IMG/VR virus record: IMGVR_UViG_3300033143_001962
Coordinates: 62,001-126,000 of that record
Reading direction: 5' to 3' (one strand)
DNA: 64,000 bases
In this document: positions 18,606 to 28,435 of the stretch, in pieces
Numbering within the stretch: position 1 is the first letter of the stretch
Layout of the letters: every line of letters starts with the position of its first letter
The notes under the pieces: model-generated
Database searches by the model: none
Told to the model about the DNA's origin: nothing
The model's input: only the letters and a program-made list of their open reading frames with translations
Made by a program: the position numbers and the translations under genes

Positions 18606-18818
18606 CTAATTTGTTAACGCAAACATAACTTCAAACACTTTTGCATCTGCTTCGTGTTCGAACGCTATATAAGTCGGTGTTGTAATACAATTACCTTCAG
18701 TGTACCTAGTCGCCCAATCTAATATTTCTTTGTTGCTTTGTGCATACTTGACTCTCGGGACGAGATGCATAGCCTTACCTTTAATAGTCCAAATCTTTGC
18801 GTCACTGTCTGGAATCAT
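18606..18818 (-). CDS. Small 'FED..DA..F' family protein
   Basis: Ends IAFEHEADAKVFEVMF. Confidence 0.7.
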   Translation of the reverse strand: MIPDSDAKIWTIKGKAMHLVPRVKYAQSNKEILDWATRYTEGNCITTPTYIAFEHEADAKVFEVMFALTN

Positions 18819-19009
18819 TTTCCGTACCTCAACTTAAAATAAGTTGCATCATGTGGATTCTCAAATCTAACCGAGTACGAACTTATTAAATGACGTGATT
18901 GCGAATGTGAATCTATCCACTTACGTATCTTACCTCGGTCGCGCCAATTAAATGAAACTGTAATCCAACCCTCTTCTATTGCATTCATTGAATCTTTAAA
19001 GTTATTCAT
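18815..19009 (-). CDS. Small 'FED..DA..F' family protein
   Basis: Ends VRFENPHDATYFKLRYGK. Confidence 0.7.
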   Translation of the reverse strand: MNNFKDSMNAIEEGWITVSFNWRDRGKIRKWIDSHSQSRHLISSYSVRFENPHDATYFKLRYGK

Positions 19010-19251
19010 CTGCCGAACTTTAAAGTGAACATCGTAGCATCCTGGCCATCTTCAAACGTTATTGAATTTAATTGTATCATGAAACGCCCAGTTGTGTTTG
19101 TGTCAACCCAGCGTATCATCAACGGCCCGATGTGTTGATCTGTAAAGGTATGCCCATTTATGAAATGCGCCTTGCGTTTATAAGTACGTGCAATAACATT
19201 GCCAAGTTTTTCAACACCGGACTTTTGTTCAATCGCAACGAACGCTGCCAT
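19006..19251 (-). CDS. Small 'FED..DA..F' family protein
   Basis: Ends ITFEDGQDATMFTLKFGR. Start moved to ATG 19251 (AAGGA upstream), which removes the overlap with 19253..19510. Confidence 0.7.
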   Translation of the reverse strand: MAAFVAIEQKSGVEKLGNVIARTYKRKAHFINGHTFTDQHIGPLMIRWVDTNTTGRFMIQLNSITFEDGQDATMFTLKFGR

Positions 19252-19252
19252 T

Positions 19253-19510
19253 CTATCCTTTATTTTTGTGTGCTGCATAACGTTCTCGCAAAGTAAGTCC
19301 AACACGCGGATTAAATTGCTGCCCATCTGTACAGTCCGGACCAGCATCGGGATTGCATACAGGCTCACCAGTGTAAAAAGGATTAGGCCAGTGATAAGCA
19401 CCTTCTAAGTACAACCAAGCCGTTTCGGGATTAGCTTCACCAGCTGCCTCTGCTAACGCTTGTGAACTGTTTATCACTTCGCTGTAGTCTAAATCTCTGT
19501 TATCGCTCAT
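19253..19510 (-). CDS. Hypothetical protein
   Basis: 85 aa; GTGA/ATGA-type coupling; AW..W.PNPFYTG motif. Confidence 0.6.
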   Translation of the reverse strand: MSDNRDLDYSEVINSSQALAEAAGEANPETAWLYLEGAYHWPNPFYTGEPVCNPDAGPDCTDGQQFNPRVGLTLRERYAAHKNKG

Positions 19511-19701
19511 GACGCACCTTCAAATGACATTTTAAAAAATATAGCATCTACACTGTTCTTAAAGCGTACGATCCTACTCGAAATTGCTACGTCAGCTTCT
19601 ACTAACTTATTATCCATTACCCAATCAGCAATAGCATCAATGCGTAATTGTGCAGGCCACATGTGGATTGTAGGCAATGCTACTGTAATCCAACCATCCA
19701 T
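19507..19701 (-). CDS. Small 'FED..DA..F' family protein
   Basis: Starts MDGWITV; ends VRFKNSVDAIFFKMSF. Confidence 0.7.
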   Translation of the reverse strand: MDGWITVALPTIHMWPAQLRIDAIADWVMDNKLVEADVAISSRIVRFKNSVDAIFFKMSFEGAS

Positions 19702-19898
19702 TATGCTATACTCATCTTATAAAACATTGCGTCCTCGGACTTAATAAAATATAAAAACGACGGGCTAATATAAACATCACCTGTACAGTGGACACGAATC
19801 CACGTGCGCAAATCGTGCCCTGTGAAGCAATCATATCTAACTTTGAACCACTCACTTAAGACTTCTTTACTTGTTGACCTTAAGGTTCTAATGTCCAT
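19701..19898 (-). CDS. Small 'FED..DA..F' family protein
   Basis: Ends LYFIKSEDAMFYKMSIA. Confidence 0.7.
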   Translation of the reverse strand: MDIRTLRSTSKEVLSEWFKVRYDCFTGHDLRTWIRVHCTGDVYISPSFLYFIKSEDAMFYKMSIA

Positions 19899-20065
19899 TA
19901 CTTGCCAGCGTATTTAAGTTGGTACATCAGCGCATCTTCTTCAATTTCGAATTCAATGCTCTGAGCTGAAATTGCGTACTTACCTGTAGTATTCTCTGAA
20001 GCAAGCCAATGATTGGCATTGATTCTATTTCTAGGATCAATGCCAACTGTAGTCCACCCGTCCAT
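19898..20065 (-). CDS. Small 'FED..DA..F' family protein (55 aa, not in ORF track)
   Basis: MDGWTTVGIDPRNRINANHWLASENTTGKYAISAQSIEFEIEEDALMYQLKYAGK; 1-nt overlaps at both ends. Confidence 0.75.
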   Translation of the reverse strand: MDGWTTVGIDPRNRINANHWLASENTTGKYAISAQSIEFEIEEDALMYQLKYAGK

Positions 20066-21354
20066 TACTTACCAGCTTCCTGCTCGTAGTATGCAGTTGT
20101 ACCAAACGGTGCAACAATTGAATCGTTACCGTGGATAACCCAAAGCGTATCAACGTAGTCTGGATCACCCCAGCTACCAAATGGGTAACCATCTGTAAAT
20201 ACAATTAAGCGTTCAGGACTAACATCGTATTCTTTCATGTACTCAAAGATTGGTTCGAAGTCAGTACCACCAAAGCCACCAAGTGTGTATTCACTCATAT
20301 CAGCAATATCATCACTTGTGAACTGTACTGGATTATGTACAGCAGTATCAAAACAGAATACATGAATCTTGTACGCTGTAAACATCTCCATACAACCTTG
20401 CACTTCACTTAAGAAGTCAATTAACATTTGCTGGCTAATTGAACCGGATGTATCAATTGCTACTGCAATATCAATAGCTTCACCTGGGTTCATACCTGGC
20501 ATAATTGCATCCATGTGCCATGAACGACGTGATGGACGCATAAAGGTGTAATCATCTTTGATTGCACTTGTTAGAGTTAAGTTAAGCAGTTCACGCCAAT
20601 CCATTTGTGGTTCAGTTAAGTCTTTTAACATCTTCTTAACATTGCCTGGAATGTTGCCTGCATTACTTTCATTGTTAGCGGCGTTGATTACTGCTTCTTT
20701 AAATTCATCGCGTATTTCATCACGCATCGCTTTTGAAATTGTAGGACGACCTTTACCACCTGGCTTGCCATCACCTTCGCCTTCGCCTTCACCTTCACCA
20801 TCTAAATGCTCATCAAGCATTTTATCTATCATGTCTTGCATTTCTTCAGGTGTCATGTACTGAACATCTTCCATAAGCAATTCGTATACTTCTTCAGAAG
20901 GCATGCCTTTGTACTTACGATCGTATAAGATTTCGATAGTTGTAATCTTGCGTCCGATGTTGTGATCAACTAAATCATTGTTAACACAATAGTCATTAGC
21001 AAAGTTCCAAATTTGTGGCTCACGGCTATCTCTACGACCAAAGTGATCATACACACAATGCAGTACTTCATGACCGAAACCAAATTCAATTTCCTTTTGG
21101 TCCATCATCATAACAAAGCGTGAATTGTAGTAAAAGTGACGACCGTCAGTTGCAAGTGTTTGGAGCCATTCATCAGCATTAACAAGTTTTAAACGAGTTG
21201 CTAAGTTACCAAAAAATGCTTGCTTTAAAAGTAATGATACACGCGCTCCGATAAGCTTTTCACGTGCTTCGTGATCTACAGCCTTATCCATTGGACCTAG
21301 TAAGTCTAGTCCTTGCTTTTCGCCTGCATCTGCTGAAGTTTTGTCTTGTGCCAT
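20065..21354 (-). CDS. HExxH metallopeptidase-like + vWA domain protein (DUF2201-type), partner of the MoxR AAA
   Basis: TLATDG, HEVLHC, N-x-A-x-D-Y-x-x-N; MIDAS DTSGS, GGTDF, FTDGY. Confidence 0.85.
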   Translation of the reverse strand: MAQDKTSADAGEKQGLDLLGPMDKAVDHEAREKLIGARVSLLLKQAFFGNLATRLKLVNADEWLQTLATDGRHFYYNSRFVMMMDQKEIEFGFGHEVLHCVYDHFGRRDSREPQIWNFANDYCVNNDLVDHNIGRKITTIEILYDRKYKGMPSEEVYELLMEDVQYMTPEEMQDMIDKMLDEHLDGEGEGEGEGDGKPGGKGRPTISKAMRDEIRDEFKEAVINAANNESNAGNIPGNVKKMLKDLTEPQMDWRELLNLTLTSAIKDDYTFMRPSRRSWHMDAIMPGMNPGEAIDIAVAIDTSGSISQQMLIDFLSEVQGCMEMFTAYKIHVFCFDTAVHNPVQFTSDDIADMSEYTLGGFGGTDFEPIFEYMKEYDVSPERLIVFTDGYPFGSWGDPDYVDTLWVIHGNDSIVAPFGTTAYYEQEAGK

Positions 21355-21389
21355 GGTTTAAAATCCTTCGTATTAGTAAGTTATAAGTA

Positions 21390-21447
21390 ATTATATGGTA
21401 TATTGTAGTAAAGGTCAACCTTTATTTTGCGCTGTAAGTCATTGATT
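21390..21447 (-). promoter_or_regulatory. Sigma70-type early promoter with upstream IHF-consensus site
   Basis: TTGACC-17-TATAAT (21418 to 21390); AATCAATGACTTA (= WATCAANNNNTTR) at 21435-21447. Confidence 0.8.
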
Positions 21448-22389
21448 TCCAAGACGGTTTGCGCGTGTTCTGTGCTCCTTAAACGTAAAATCTACGTCAG
21501 CTAACAGCAATTCATTCCATTTTAGTGCGGTTTTTTCCTGAAATTCTGTCAAATTAAATATTTTTATTTGTTGCAAGTATTCCAATGCTTCACTGGGCGT
21601 AGGGTGCTTGTCTACTCTGCCTTCAAGGATGTACTTAATGTTAATATCAAATTCATACTTGTTACATATCTCATCCCGGATATCATTGGGTAGATCTAAT
21701 GTTAAGTCATTAACAAACTCATCAAACTCTGGCCAGGATGGTCCTTTGGTTGCATTCCAGTCATCTTTTAATATCTGCAAATTAGAACGAATAACCTGCG
21801 GTATCGCGACATTCTTAGCTAAATTTGCGTTTCCGTTAAACACGGTATCGATGAACGAAGGACTAATAGATTGTAATGTCTTGCTGTACGTACTGCATAT
21901 TTGTCTGAATAATTCACTCGACTCCGCATCTTCGTACATTTGGGTTGATTGGTTATACGGATGAACCTTTGTCAAAGAGTGCATACTCATCGCATACCAT
22001 GTACACCCGAGATTCTCAACAATACGTTTAACGGCATCAATAACTGCTAGTGATGTTAATTGGTAGCTATCCATATCAATAAACTTATTAATAAATTCGT
22101 CTCCGAATTCTTTATTGACGTCTGCGTTGTGCATACTGCCGTTGCCGTGCCATTGCCCGTTTACTAAACGATCTTCACGATCAACTGTAGTCCACATAAT
22201 AGCAATAGTATCATCAGATGTGATGTTATTTTGTGTAATGCATTCTATTAATGAATATAGTATAAAATGATTCCCACTACCTTGCCTTCCCCAATTCTCA
22301 TAATGGTCGTACTCGAGACCTACAATGTCTGCCCATGTAGGCCATTTGTAATTAGTGAAGCTACATCCAAATGTGAATAATCGTTTCAT
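21439..22389 (-). CDS. SGNH/GDSL-hydrolase-like protein, paralog of 4836..5594
   Basis: FGCSFT..W, NWGRQGSGN, IMWT, C-terminal DKHP. Confidence 0.6.
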   Translation of the reverse strand: MKRLFTFGCSFTNYKWPTWADIVGLEYDHYENWGRQGSGNHFILYSLIECITQNNITSDDTIAIMWTTVDREDRLVNGQWHGNGSMHNADVNKEFGDEFINKFIDMDSYQLTSLAVIDAVKRIVENLGCTWYAMSMHSLTKVHPYNQSTQMYEDAESSELFRQICSTYSKTLQSISPSFIDTVFNGNANLAKNVAIPQVIRSNLQILKDDWNATKGPSWPEFDEFVNDLTLDLPNDIRDEICNKYEFDINIKYILEGRVDKHPTPSEALEYLQQIKIFNLTEFQEKTALKWNELLLADVDFTFKEHRTRANRLGNQ

Positions 22390-22796
22390 TGATTTGCTTT
22401 ACGATTTGCTTCTCTTTTCAAGCGATTGTACTTTAAGCTCTTAATGCTTTGCAGTTTTCTGCTAATCCAAGTCTTAGACATACGCCTTTGAATTCTTAAT
22501 TTGAATTCTGTTTTGTATTTGTAGTACAGTGATTTGCATCTTGCTAAGAATGGAAGGTTGGTAACTTTATACGAACCATCATCTAGTTTGACCGGTATTG
22601 CACCGTTGGCAACAAATGCTACGAATTTTCGCAGTTCTGCTTCTTGTTCCATAAACGAATATAGATCGAGTGAGTAAGTTGATGGTTGCTTGCGCATCCA
22701 ATTTAGGATATTAACTATATGCGGTGTGGTTAGATCTTTGATTAAAATCTTATCACCATCTGCGGTTTCCCAAATAGTTTTATCTCTGTCGTACAT
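22386..22796 (-). CDS. Hypothetical protein
   Basis: Start moved to ATG 22796 (GGAG upstream); the longer call crosses a terminator. Confidence 0.65.
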   Translation of the reverse strand: MYDRDKTIWETADGDKILIKDLTTPHIVNILNWMRKQPSTYSLDLYSFMEQEAELRKFVAFVANGAIPVKLDDGSYKVTNLPFLARCKSLYYKYKTEFKLRIQRRMSKTWISRKLQSIKSLKYNRLKREANRKANQ

Positions 22797-22814
22797 ACTA
22801 TTCTCCTGAGAATT

Positions 22815-22847
22815 AAAAAAGTGGGCCCGGATTGCTCCTAAGCCCAC
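22815..22847 (-). terminator. Rho-independent terminator after the AAA ATPase
   Basis: GTGGGC-N15-GCCCAC-TTTTTT on the minus strand. Confidence 0.6.
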
Positions 22848-22867
22848 AACACGCCACTCAAATAGTT

Positions 22868-24061
22868 TTAGTCTGTAGTAGCACCTAAGATGTATTTTCC
22901 GTATTTCTTGTGGAACTCATCAAAGTTCTTAAGCTTGGTTGGCAACATAGGTAAGTTATAAGTAGTTAACGCGATACGCGCTCCCATTACAACTAACTCA
23001 GTTTCGAAGTTATCCATCATAAAGCGGAAGAAGTTATCTGCCATTTTATGGAATGTATTGTCATCAATCTTGTTGTCAATACCTTCTTTAAGTTCATAAC
23101 ACATAGATACCACAAGTGAAAACATTGCTGAAATCTCTTGTACCTCAAGTGTTTTAACCTTGCCTTCTAAGATGTCGCTTGGGTTAGGCATCTTTGCAGC
23201 TACCTTTCTGTGAGCAACAAACTTAACACCAAGACCTTCACCAACTGTACCTGATACAAGATCAGTTACTGTACGTGAGTCCAGGCCATCATCATCGATT
23301 AATTCACTTACAAATACCCATGAACGCGGAGTTGCAAATGCACGTGATGAACTCTTAGGTTCGAAATCATACAGATCTTGTTTGGCAAAGTTCAAGTAAG
23401 AAACTACATCAGGATGAACTTTATTTTCAACAGCCCAATCAAACCAATCATCGAAGTTAACTTTCATTTCAAAGTGAACGAAACGGTTAGCTAACGGAGT
23501 AGGCATACGGAATGTAACACCTTTATCGCTTTCACGATTACCAGCTGCCAACATAACTACGTTATCTGGAAGTACGTACTTACCGATTCGACGATTCAGG
23601 ATTAACTGATATGCCGCAGCAAGTACACTTGGTGGAGCACTGTTCATTTCATCTAAGAAAAGAACTACTACTGGCATTTCGCCTACTGTGCGTTTTGCAT
23701 CTTTCTCAGCTTGTTTAATATCTGCTGGATCCTTACTTTCTGCAAGTGCTTCAACACGCTTGCGCTCAGATTCAATTGCATCAATAACAAGCTTTTGACC
23801 TGCTGGTAAATCAATTGGTTGTGCCCAATCCATTACATTCTCATCACTATTGTAATAAGGAATACCACGGATGTCTGTAGGTTCCATTTGGCCTAAGCGT
23901 AAGTCATACATGACACCGCCTAAGTCTCTTGTAATACCTTCAACTAATTCTGATTTTCCAATACCTGGAGGTCCCCAAATAAAGGCCGGGCGTTGTACAG
24001 TGAAGCATCGAATAATAGCTTTTTTGATTTCCGATGCTGACATTTGGCGTGTATCTGACAT
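22868..24061 (-). CDS. MoxR-like AAA+ ATPase
   Basis: Walker A GPPGIGKS, Walker B FLDEMN, AAGNR, PLANRF; about 40-aa charged helical insertion before Walker B. Confidence 0.9.
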   Translation of the reverse strand: MSDTRQMSASEIKKAIIRCFTVQRPAFIWGPPGIGKSELVEGITRDLGGVMYDLRLGQMEPTDIRGIPYYNSDENVMDWAQPIDLPAGQKLVIDAIESERKRVEALAESKDPADIKQAEKDAKRTVGEMPVVVLFLDEMNSAPPSVLAAAYQLILNRRIGKYVLPDNVVMLAAGNRESDKGVTFRMPTPLANRFVHFEMKVNFDDWFDWAVENKVHPDVVSYLNFAKQDLYDFEPKSSSRAFATPRSWVFVSELIDDDGLDSRTVTDLVSGTVGEGLGVKFVAHRKVAAKMPNPSDILEGKVKTLEVQEISAMFSLVVSMCYELKEGIDNKIDDNTFHKMADNFFRFMMDNFETELVVMGARIALTTYNLPMLPTKLKNFDEFHKKYGKYILGATTD

Positions 24062-24113
24062 ATATTGCTCCTATAGCAAGTTTTAAGTTTTCAGTTTTTG
24101 TTTCTGTGTATGC

Positions 24114-24142
24114 ATTATATAACCTATTAACGGATAGGTCAA
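24114..24142 (-). promoter_or_regulatory. Sigma70-type early promoter
   Basis: TTGACC-17-TATAAT. Confidence 0.8.
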
Positions 24143-24145
24143 CCT

Positions 24146-24373
24146 TTATTTTAAATTTAATGGTTTAGATTCTGGAGTCCATTTACCTGGAGGCCAAACT
24201 TTACCGTTATAACTAACTTTAGCAATAATTTTACCGTTATCTTTTACATTGCCACCAGTGAAATTTGACGAACCTAATGCGTTCTCGTTTATAAATTCAC
24301 TTACAGCGTTTGATGCAGCTTGTAAGTCTGTAACTTCTACGTTGTTGCCACGTGCTAAATTAACTAATAACAT
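24146..24373 (-). CDS. Hypothetical protein
   Basis: 75-aa ORF directly behind its own promoter. Confidence 0.65.
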   Translation of the reverse strand: MLLVNLARGNNVEVTDLQAASNAVSEFINENALGSSNFTGGNVKDNGKIIAKVSYNGKVWPPGKWTPESKPLNLK

Positions 24374-24404
24374 AGTTTGTACCTGTTTATTAACTTATGT
24401 ACAT

Positions 24405-24460
24405 ATTATAGCATACGAGTCCAAAAGGTCAACCTTTATATTTGCTGTAAGTCATTGATT
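24405..24460 (-). promoter_or_regulatory. Sigma70-type early promoter with IHF-consensus site
   Basis: TTGACC-16-TATAAT with TG extension; AATCAATGACTTA at 24448-24460. Confidence 0.8.
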
Positions 24461-24711
24461 TATATAGTGTACTTAAAATAAAGTACAAAATCTCCCTCAA
24501 TTTTGACAAGATCGTTGAATTTAGCGTGTAATCGCTCCTTAAACCGTTCCTTATTGGATACATTGGGGTTAATTAGTGTTAATCGTTGATACGATATGTT
24601 GTTGAATTGCTTGTGTGTGACTTCAATGCGGCACTTAGGATTGCCGTACCCTTGCATAACTAGTATTCTTATTACTGCTACACGTTCTTTATTTTTTAGA
24701 ACTGCGCCCAT
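24460..24711 (-). CDS. Hypothetical protein
   Basis: 83-aa ORF in the minus-strand run. Confidence 0.55.
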   Translation of the reverse strand: MGAVLKNKERVAVIRILVMQGYGNPKCRIEVTHKQFNNISYQRLTLINPNVSNKERFKERLHAKFNDLVKIEGDFVLYFKYTI

Positions 24712-25133
24712 ATACTCTGTTGGAACTTATCAAACACATCGCGGAACTTATGTGCAGGGTAAGAACTTGCAACAACCATAACAGGCATTGTGCTAACACC
24801 TAATGCTTTTGCTACGTATGCTCTATGTCTACCCTCTTGTGAAAAATCTGTTCCGTGCTCGCTTAGTTCGTATACTAATGTAGGCATAGGCATTTTACTA
24901 CCTGCTTTCACTCTCGCAGCATATTCGTCAACTAAATTTTGTTCTGGGTAAAAAGTTCCTTCGCCAAACCCTTTGTGGCAGTACGCGATGTACTTGTCCG
25001 GTGACATTTCGATAATTTTAAAAACCTTGCCCTTTGCACGTTTGAAGTAATCAGGATCTTTGAGCATGTCATCGTAAGTTGGCATGCCTGTGCTGTTAGT
25101 GAATATATCGTCTGTGAATTCTAGTAATCGCAT
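24696..25133 (-). CDS. ParB/sulfiredoxin-like domain protein
   Basis: MPMPTLV...QEGRHRA..AKALG...MPVMVV. Start moved to ATG 25133, 4 nt after TAAATA. Confidence 0.55.
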   Translation of the reverse strand: MRLLEFTDDIFTNSTGMPTYDDMLKDPDYFKRAKGKVFKIIEMSPDKYIAYCHKGFGEGTFYPEQNLVDEYAARVKAGSKMPMPTLVYELSEHGTDFSQEGRHRAYVAKALGVSTMPVMVVASSYPAHKFRDVFDKFQQSIWAQF

Positions 25134-25137
25134 ACTG

Positions 25138-25144
25138 TATTTAT
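25138..25144 (-). promoter_or_regulatory. Putative late promoter ATAAATA
   Basis: CATAAATA-CAGT-ATG. Confidence 0.5.
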
Positions 25145-27744
25145 GTATCAGTCCACATGAATCCACAATCATCACATTGAGTTTGAGCGTACATAAACGC
25201 ACCTCTATCCTTAATGTTGTCATGCGGGCAAGCATTGGCTTTAACTAGTATTTCGTATTGCTCTAATCTGGATTCATAATCTATTCTAGCTTTAAGTAAT
25301 TTGCTCTCAGCTGTGATCATTTCATCAGTGACTACTTTTCTGCCTGCGGCTGTTATATCACTCATACCCTAGTTCCTTACAAACTAATTCATTCTTTTTT
25401 CTTCTATCGTTCATTAGTGTAAACACAACAACCTCACCGTGTGCTCCTGTCAGGAAAGCATCTATCCATGCGATCGGACATTGCTCAACTATTTCATCAC
25501 CAGCCTCGCACTCTCCGCCGGCAAAGACTGCGCAATCTTCATTGCAGTTGCCACTCTGTCCATTAATGAAGCAAACGCTATGCTCACTCATGTTTCCTCA
25601 CTGTGCTATTAATCTGCCTCTGCGCCAGCACTAATTGTCTTGCCGGCATTGCATCTACAACTTCATTGATGTTATGTTCTGCAAGTGCGTCAATGTTGTG
25701 AATAAAACTGGTTGTGCTGTAAATCTTAGGACCGTACATACGACAGAACATAACACGCTCATCGGGCAAGCATTTATCTAATCCTGCTTTTATTTTTTCT
25801 CGCTGTTCTGGCACACTTTCAAACATCGGTTGTTACCCAATCAGCTAATTTCATTGTATCGCACCATGTTATATATTCAGCAGCTGAAATAGATTGTACA
25901 AAAAAGTTATCACAGTTATCAATATTGACTTTAAAATCTACAACGGTGTCGTACATTTTTATAATAACTAATTCAGCATCTGCGCTACGTCCGCCCCAAA
26001 ACTTATCCAGGAATGCATCTGCATTATGATACGCGAACTTAGTGTAGTCTTCTTTAGTCACTTAATGTGCCAAGCTTCTTAGATTCGAGTAAGTACTTTT
26101 CAACCTTAGCTTGTTTAGCTTCGACGAGATCATTGTCGTCGTGTGCATCGATACCTTCTTTATAAAGCATCTCAACCGCAGCAAGCACGTCATTGTATTC
26201 TTTTTGGAAGCGTACACCTTTTTCTTTAGTGTGTCCAAAGCGTAGTATTTTTGCAGCCTCTTGAGACAACTCCGCACATTCTTCCATTAGTATTGTTAGT
26301 AAGTGTTCTCTACGATTCATAGCTTAACCTTGTTATTTTGTTAAATGCAAATACATTGTGTGGTATTCATTCTTTGCGTCAAGCCATTCACCTTTTGGTA
26401 CGTGGTGTGCGTAATACAAAGGATACTTCTTTTTATGTTCTTCTTGTAACTTGTTTTGTGCGGTACGATCCCCATTCTGTACTAACTTATAAAGATCAAA
26501 CAGTTCGGTGTGGGTCATTTTAATTTGCCTTGGATTTCATTGACCCTTTTATTAATCTCGACTAACCCTGCTTGTAAGCGTTCAATTTCGTTCGCTGCAT
26601 CATTGCAGAAACTTCTGTCCCAGTAGTCCCCTAATAGGTTTTGCTTACCCTCTGCGATGTCACGCATAATAGAAACAATGTTTTGCTGCTCGGTGCTCAG
26701 TGACTGGCAGTGCGGAGTGTCACCTTTCATAGTCTATCCATTAGTATTTTTTTACGTGCATCACGTCTATTATGCTCGCACAGTTTGTGAAACTTTGAAA
26801 GTTCCATTCCTGTTAGTACCCCGTCGTTGTCTATTAGATCTTTGAGTGTGTTCTTTAAGCTTGGACAGGTGTAGAGTAAGTCGTCTGCTAACTTATACCC
26901 TGACGTATCTGTTTCACGTTCATATGGCGCCGGAAATGAATTACCTACGGTTACTATTGTCCCGACGATAGCGATTGCAGCACATATTCCTACGATAGTT
27001 GGACTAATCTTCATTGATCTTTACCTTCTCTACGAATACAATTTGTGAAATAGGAATCCAGTATTTTGAATCCTCGCCGTAAGTAAACTTGCCATCATCG
27101 TTAATCCAAAAGCCTTGTTTAATGTCGCTTATGCTTTTACCTCGCGGCATGTTTACATGTGAGATTGAAGGTATAATGTGTGTTAAGTGTACCTTGAAAA
27201 AGTAAGTAGGATCGTCCATTATAGTGTCACTAATACGTAAGTTGAATTAGTAATAATATCTTCAGGATCCTGTTCTTCAGCTGGACTAAAAATAGTATCC
27301 ATGTTGTCTTGCGTTAGTTCAAACGCATCACCGGCCATCCCGCCTAAACCAGAAATCATTGCGTCGTCTGGTAAGTGTTCATCGATTAATTTTAAAAGTG
27401 CTTGTTTGCTAATTGCTCTCATAATTCCACCGTTACAGTTGCGTTTGGAGTCTTGAGTTTAATATATCTAAATGCAGCATCAAGTACATCGTCGTTATTA
27501 TCCGGTGTGCGGATAATAGTAGTACCGCCATGAAAGGCCCACGGAATAGCAATGAACCCTAAGAAATACTTACGCTTCCAAATATACGCGGAACCGTGCT
27601 GTAATCTAATTAGCCAGTAGTCTGTCATTTTGACATGCAACTCTTTTGCTTAGTTACACCTTTTTTCATTCGACACATTGCAAATGCGAATACAACTACA
27701 ATCACACCTAATGCTCCGATACCTGCTACAATAAATCCTGACAT
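25141..27744 (-). other. Run of about 12 short, translationally coupled hypothetical early ORFs (40-95 aa)
   Basis: ORF-track entries 25141-27640 tile the strand with 1-8 nt overlaps; an extra 39-aa membrane peptide at 27625..27744 (MSGFIVAGIGALGVIVVVFAFAMCR...). Confidence 0.7.
26054..26320 (-). CDS. MazG-like NTP pyrophosphohydrolase
   Basis: LMEECAEL..A.K..RFG...EYNDV (EExxE...ExxD). Confidence 0.6.
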   Translation of the reverse strand: MNRREHLLTILMEECAELSQEAAKILRFGHTKEKGVRFQKEYNDVLAAVEMLYKEGIDAHDDNDLVEAKQAKVEKYLLESKKLGTLSD

Positions 27745-27791
27745 TTTGATCACCTATAAATATATAGAGTTAAAAGTTATAATATGAATAC

Positions 27792-27820
27792 AGTATATAC
27801 TACAATACATCAAAGGTCAA
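27792..27820 (-). promoter_or_regulatory. Sigma70-type early promoter, back-to-back with a late promoter
   Basis: TTGACC-17-TATACT. Confidence 0.8.
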
Positions 27821-27833
27821 CCTTAATTTTAGA

Positions 27834-27839
27834 TAAATA
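27834..27839 (+). promoter_or_regulatory. Putative late promoter TAAATA
   Basis: GATAAATA-CGGAT-ATG(27845). Confidence 0.55.
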
Positions 27840-27844
27840 CGGAT

Positions 27845-28120
27845 ATGGAAGCAGAAATCGAACAATTCAAGCATGTTGTTAAATGTTTAGAGTTATATTG
27901 GGGAGACCCAGAATTCTTAATGTACCACAGAAAACTAACCATTTCGGATAGAACACATCGCCAGGGCTTTCCACCAGCGGTTATAGAAGAAATACAATTT
28001 CTGTATCAATTATATTGCAGCCAGTACAAGCTTATTAATCGTATGCCAATGACAGCATCGCAGCAAGTAGAAATGGACGACATACTAGGTAATAACGATG
28101 TATGGTTCAAACACATATGA
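27845..28120 (+). CDS. Hypothetical protein, 'LW...D-R-x-x-RQGF' family, copy 1
   Basis: LELYWG..F..Y...L.I.DR..RQGFP..V.EE..FLYQ. Confidence 0.75.
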   Translation: MEAEIEQFKHVVKCLELYWGDPEFLMYHRKLTISDRTHRQGFPPAVIEEIQFLYQLYCSQYKLINRMPMTASQQVEMDDILGNNDVWFKHI

Positions 28121-28126
28121 TAAATA
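28121..28126 (+). promoter_or_regulatory. Putative late promoter TAAATA
   Basis: TAAATAGTACTATG, identical to 28425-28438. Confidence 0.55.
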
Positions 28127-28131
28127 GTACT

Positions 28132-28416
28132 ATGGACAATATAATTTTAGATAACGTAATTTACATTAACCTAGTAGACGTAGACGAAAGTAGCTTAGAA
28201 GGTTTCCCGCACATTGCAACCGAAATTACAAGGCTTTGGCGAACAACTAAATTCATTGAGTACTACCACAGTTTAGTAATACGCGACAGAGCTGATAGAC
28301 AAGGTTTCAGTGATGAAGTACTTGAAGAACTAAGCTTTCTGTATCAAGTATGTATGAATAACTTCATGCTAATGAATCGCGAAAATAACGAACACTATAA
28401 TTTGTCCAACGCTTAG
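28132..28416 (+). CDS. Hypothetical protein, 'LW...D-R-x-x-RQGF' family, copy 2
   Basis: ITRLWR..F..Y...L.I.DR..RQGFS..V.EE..FLYQ; start moved to ATG 28132. Confidence 0.75.
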   Translation: MDNIILDNVIYINLVDVDESSLEGFPHIATEITRLWRTTKFIEYYHSLVIRDRADRQGFSDEVLEELSFLYQVCMNNFMLMNRENNEHYNLSNA

Positions 28417-28424
28417 TACTACAT

Positions 28425-28430
28425 TAAATA
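28425..28430 (+). promoter_or_regulatory. Putative late promoter TAAATA
   Basis: TAAATAGTACTATG directly before RS7. Confidence 0.55.
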
Positions 28431-28435
28431 GTACT

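Noticed and set aside
19252-19401. Hydrophobic N-terminal extension of ORF 19006..19401
   Set aside because: It overlaps the better gene 19253..19510; a strong AAGGA-ATG start exists at 19251.
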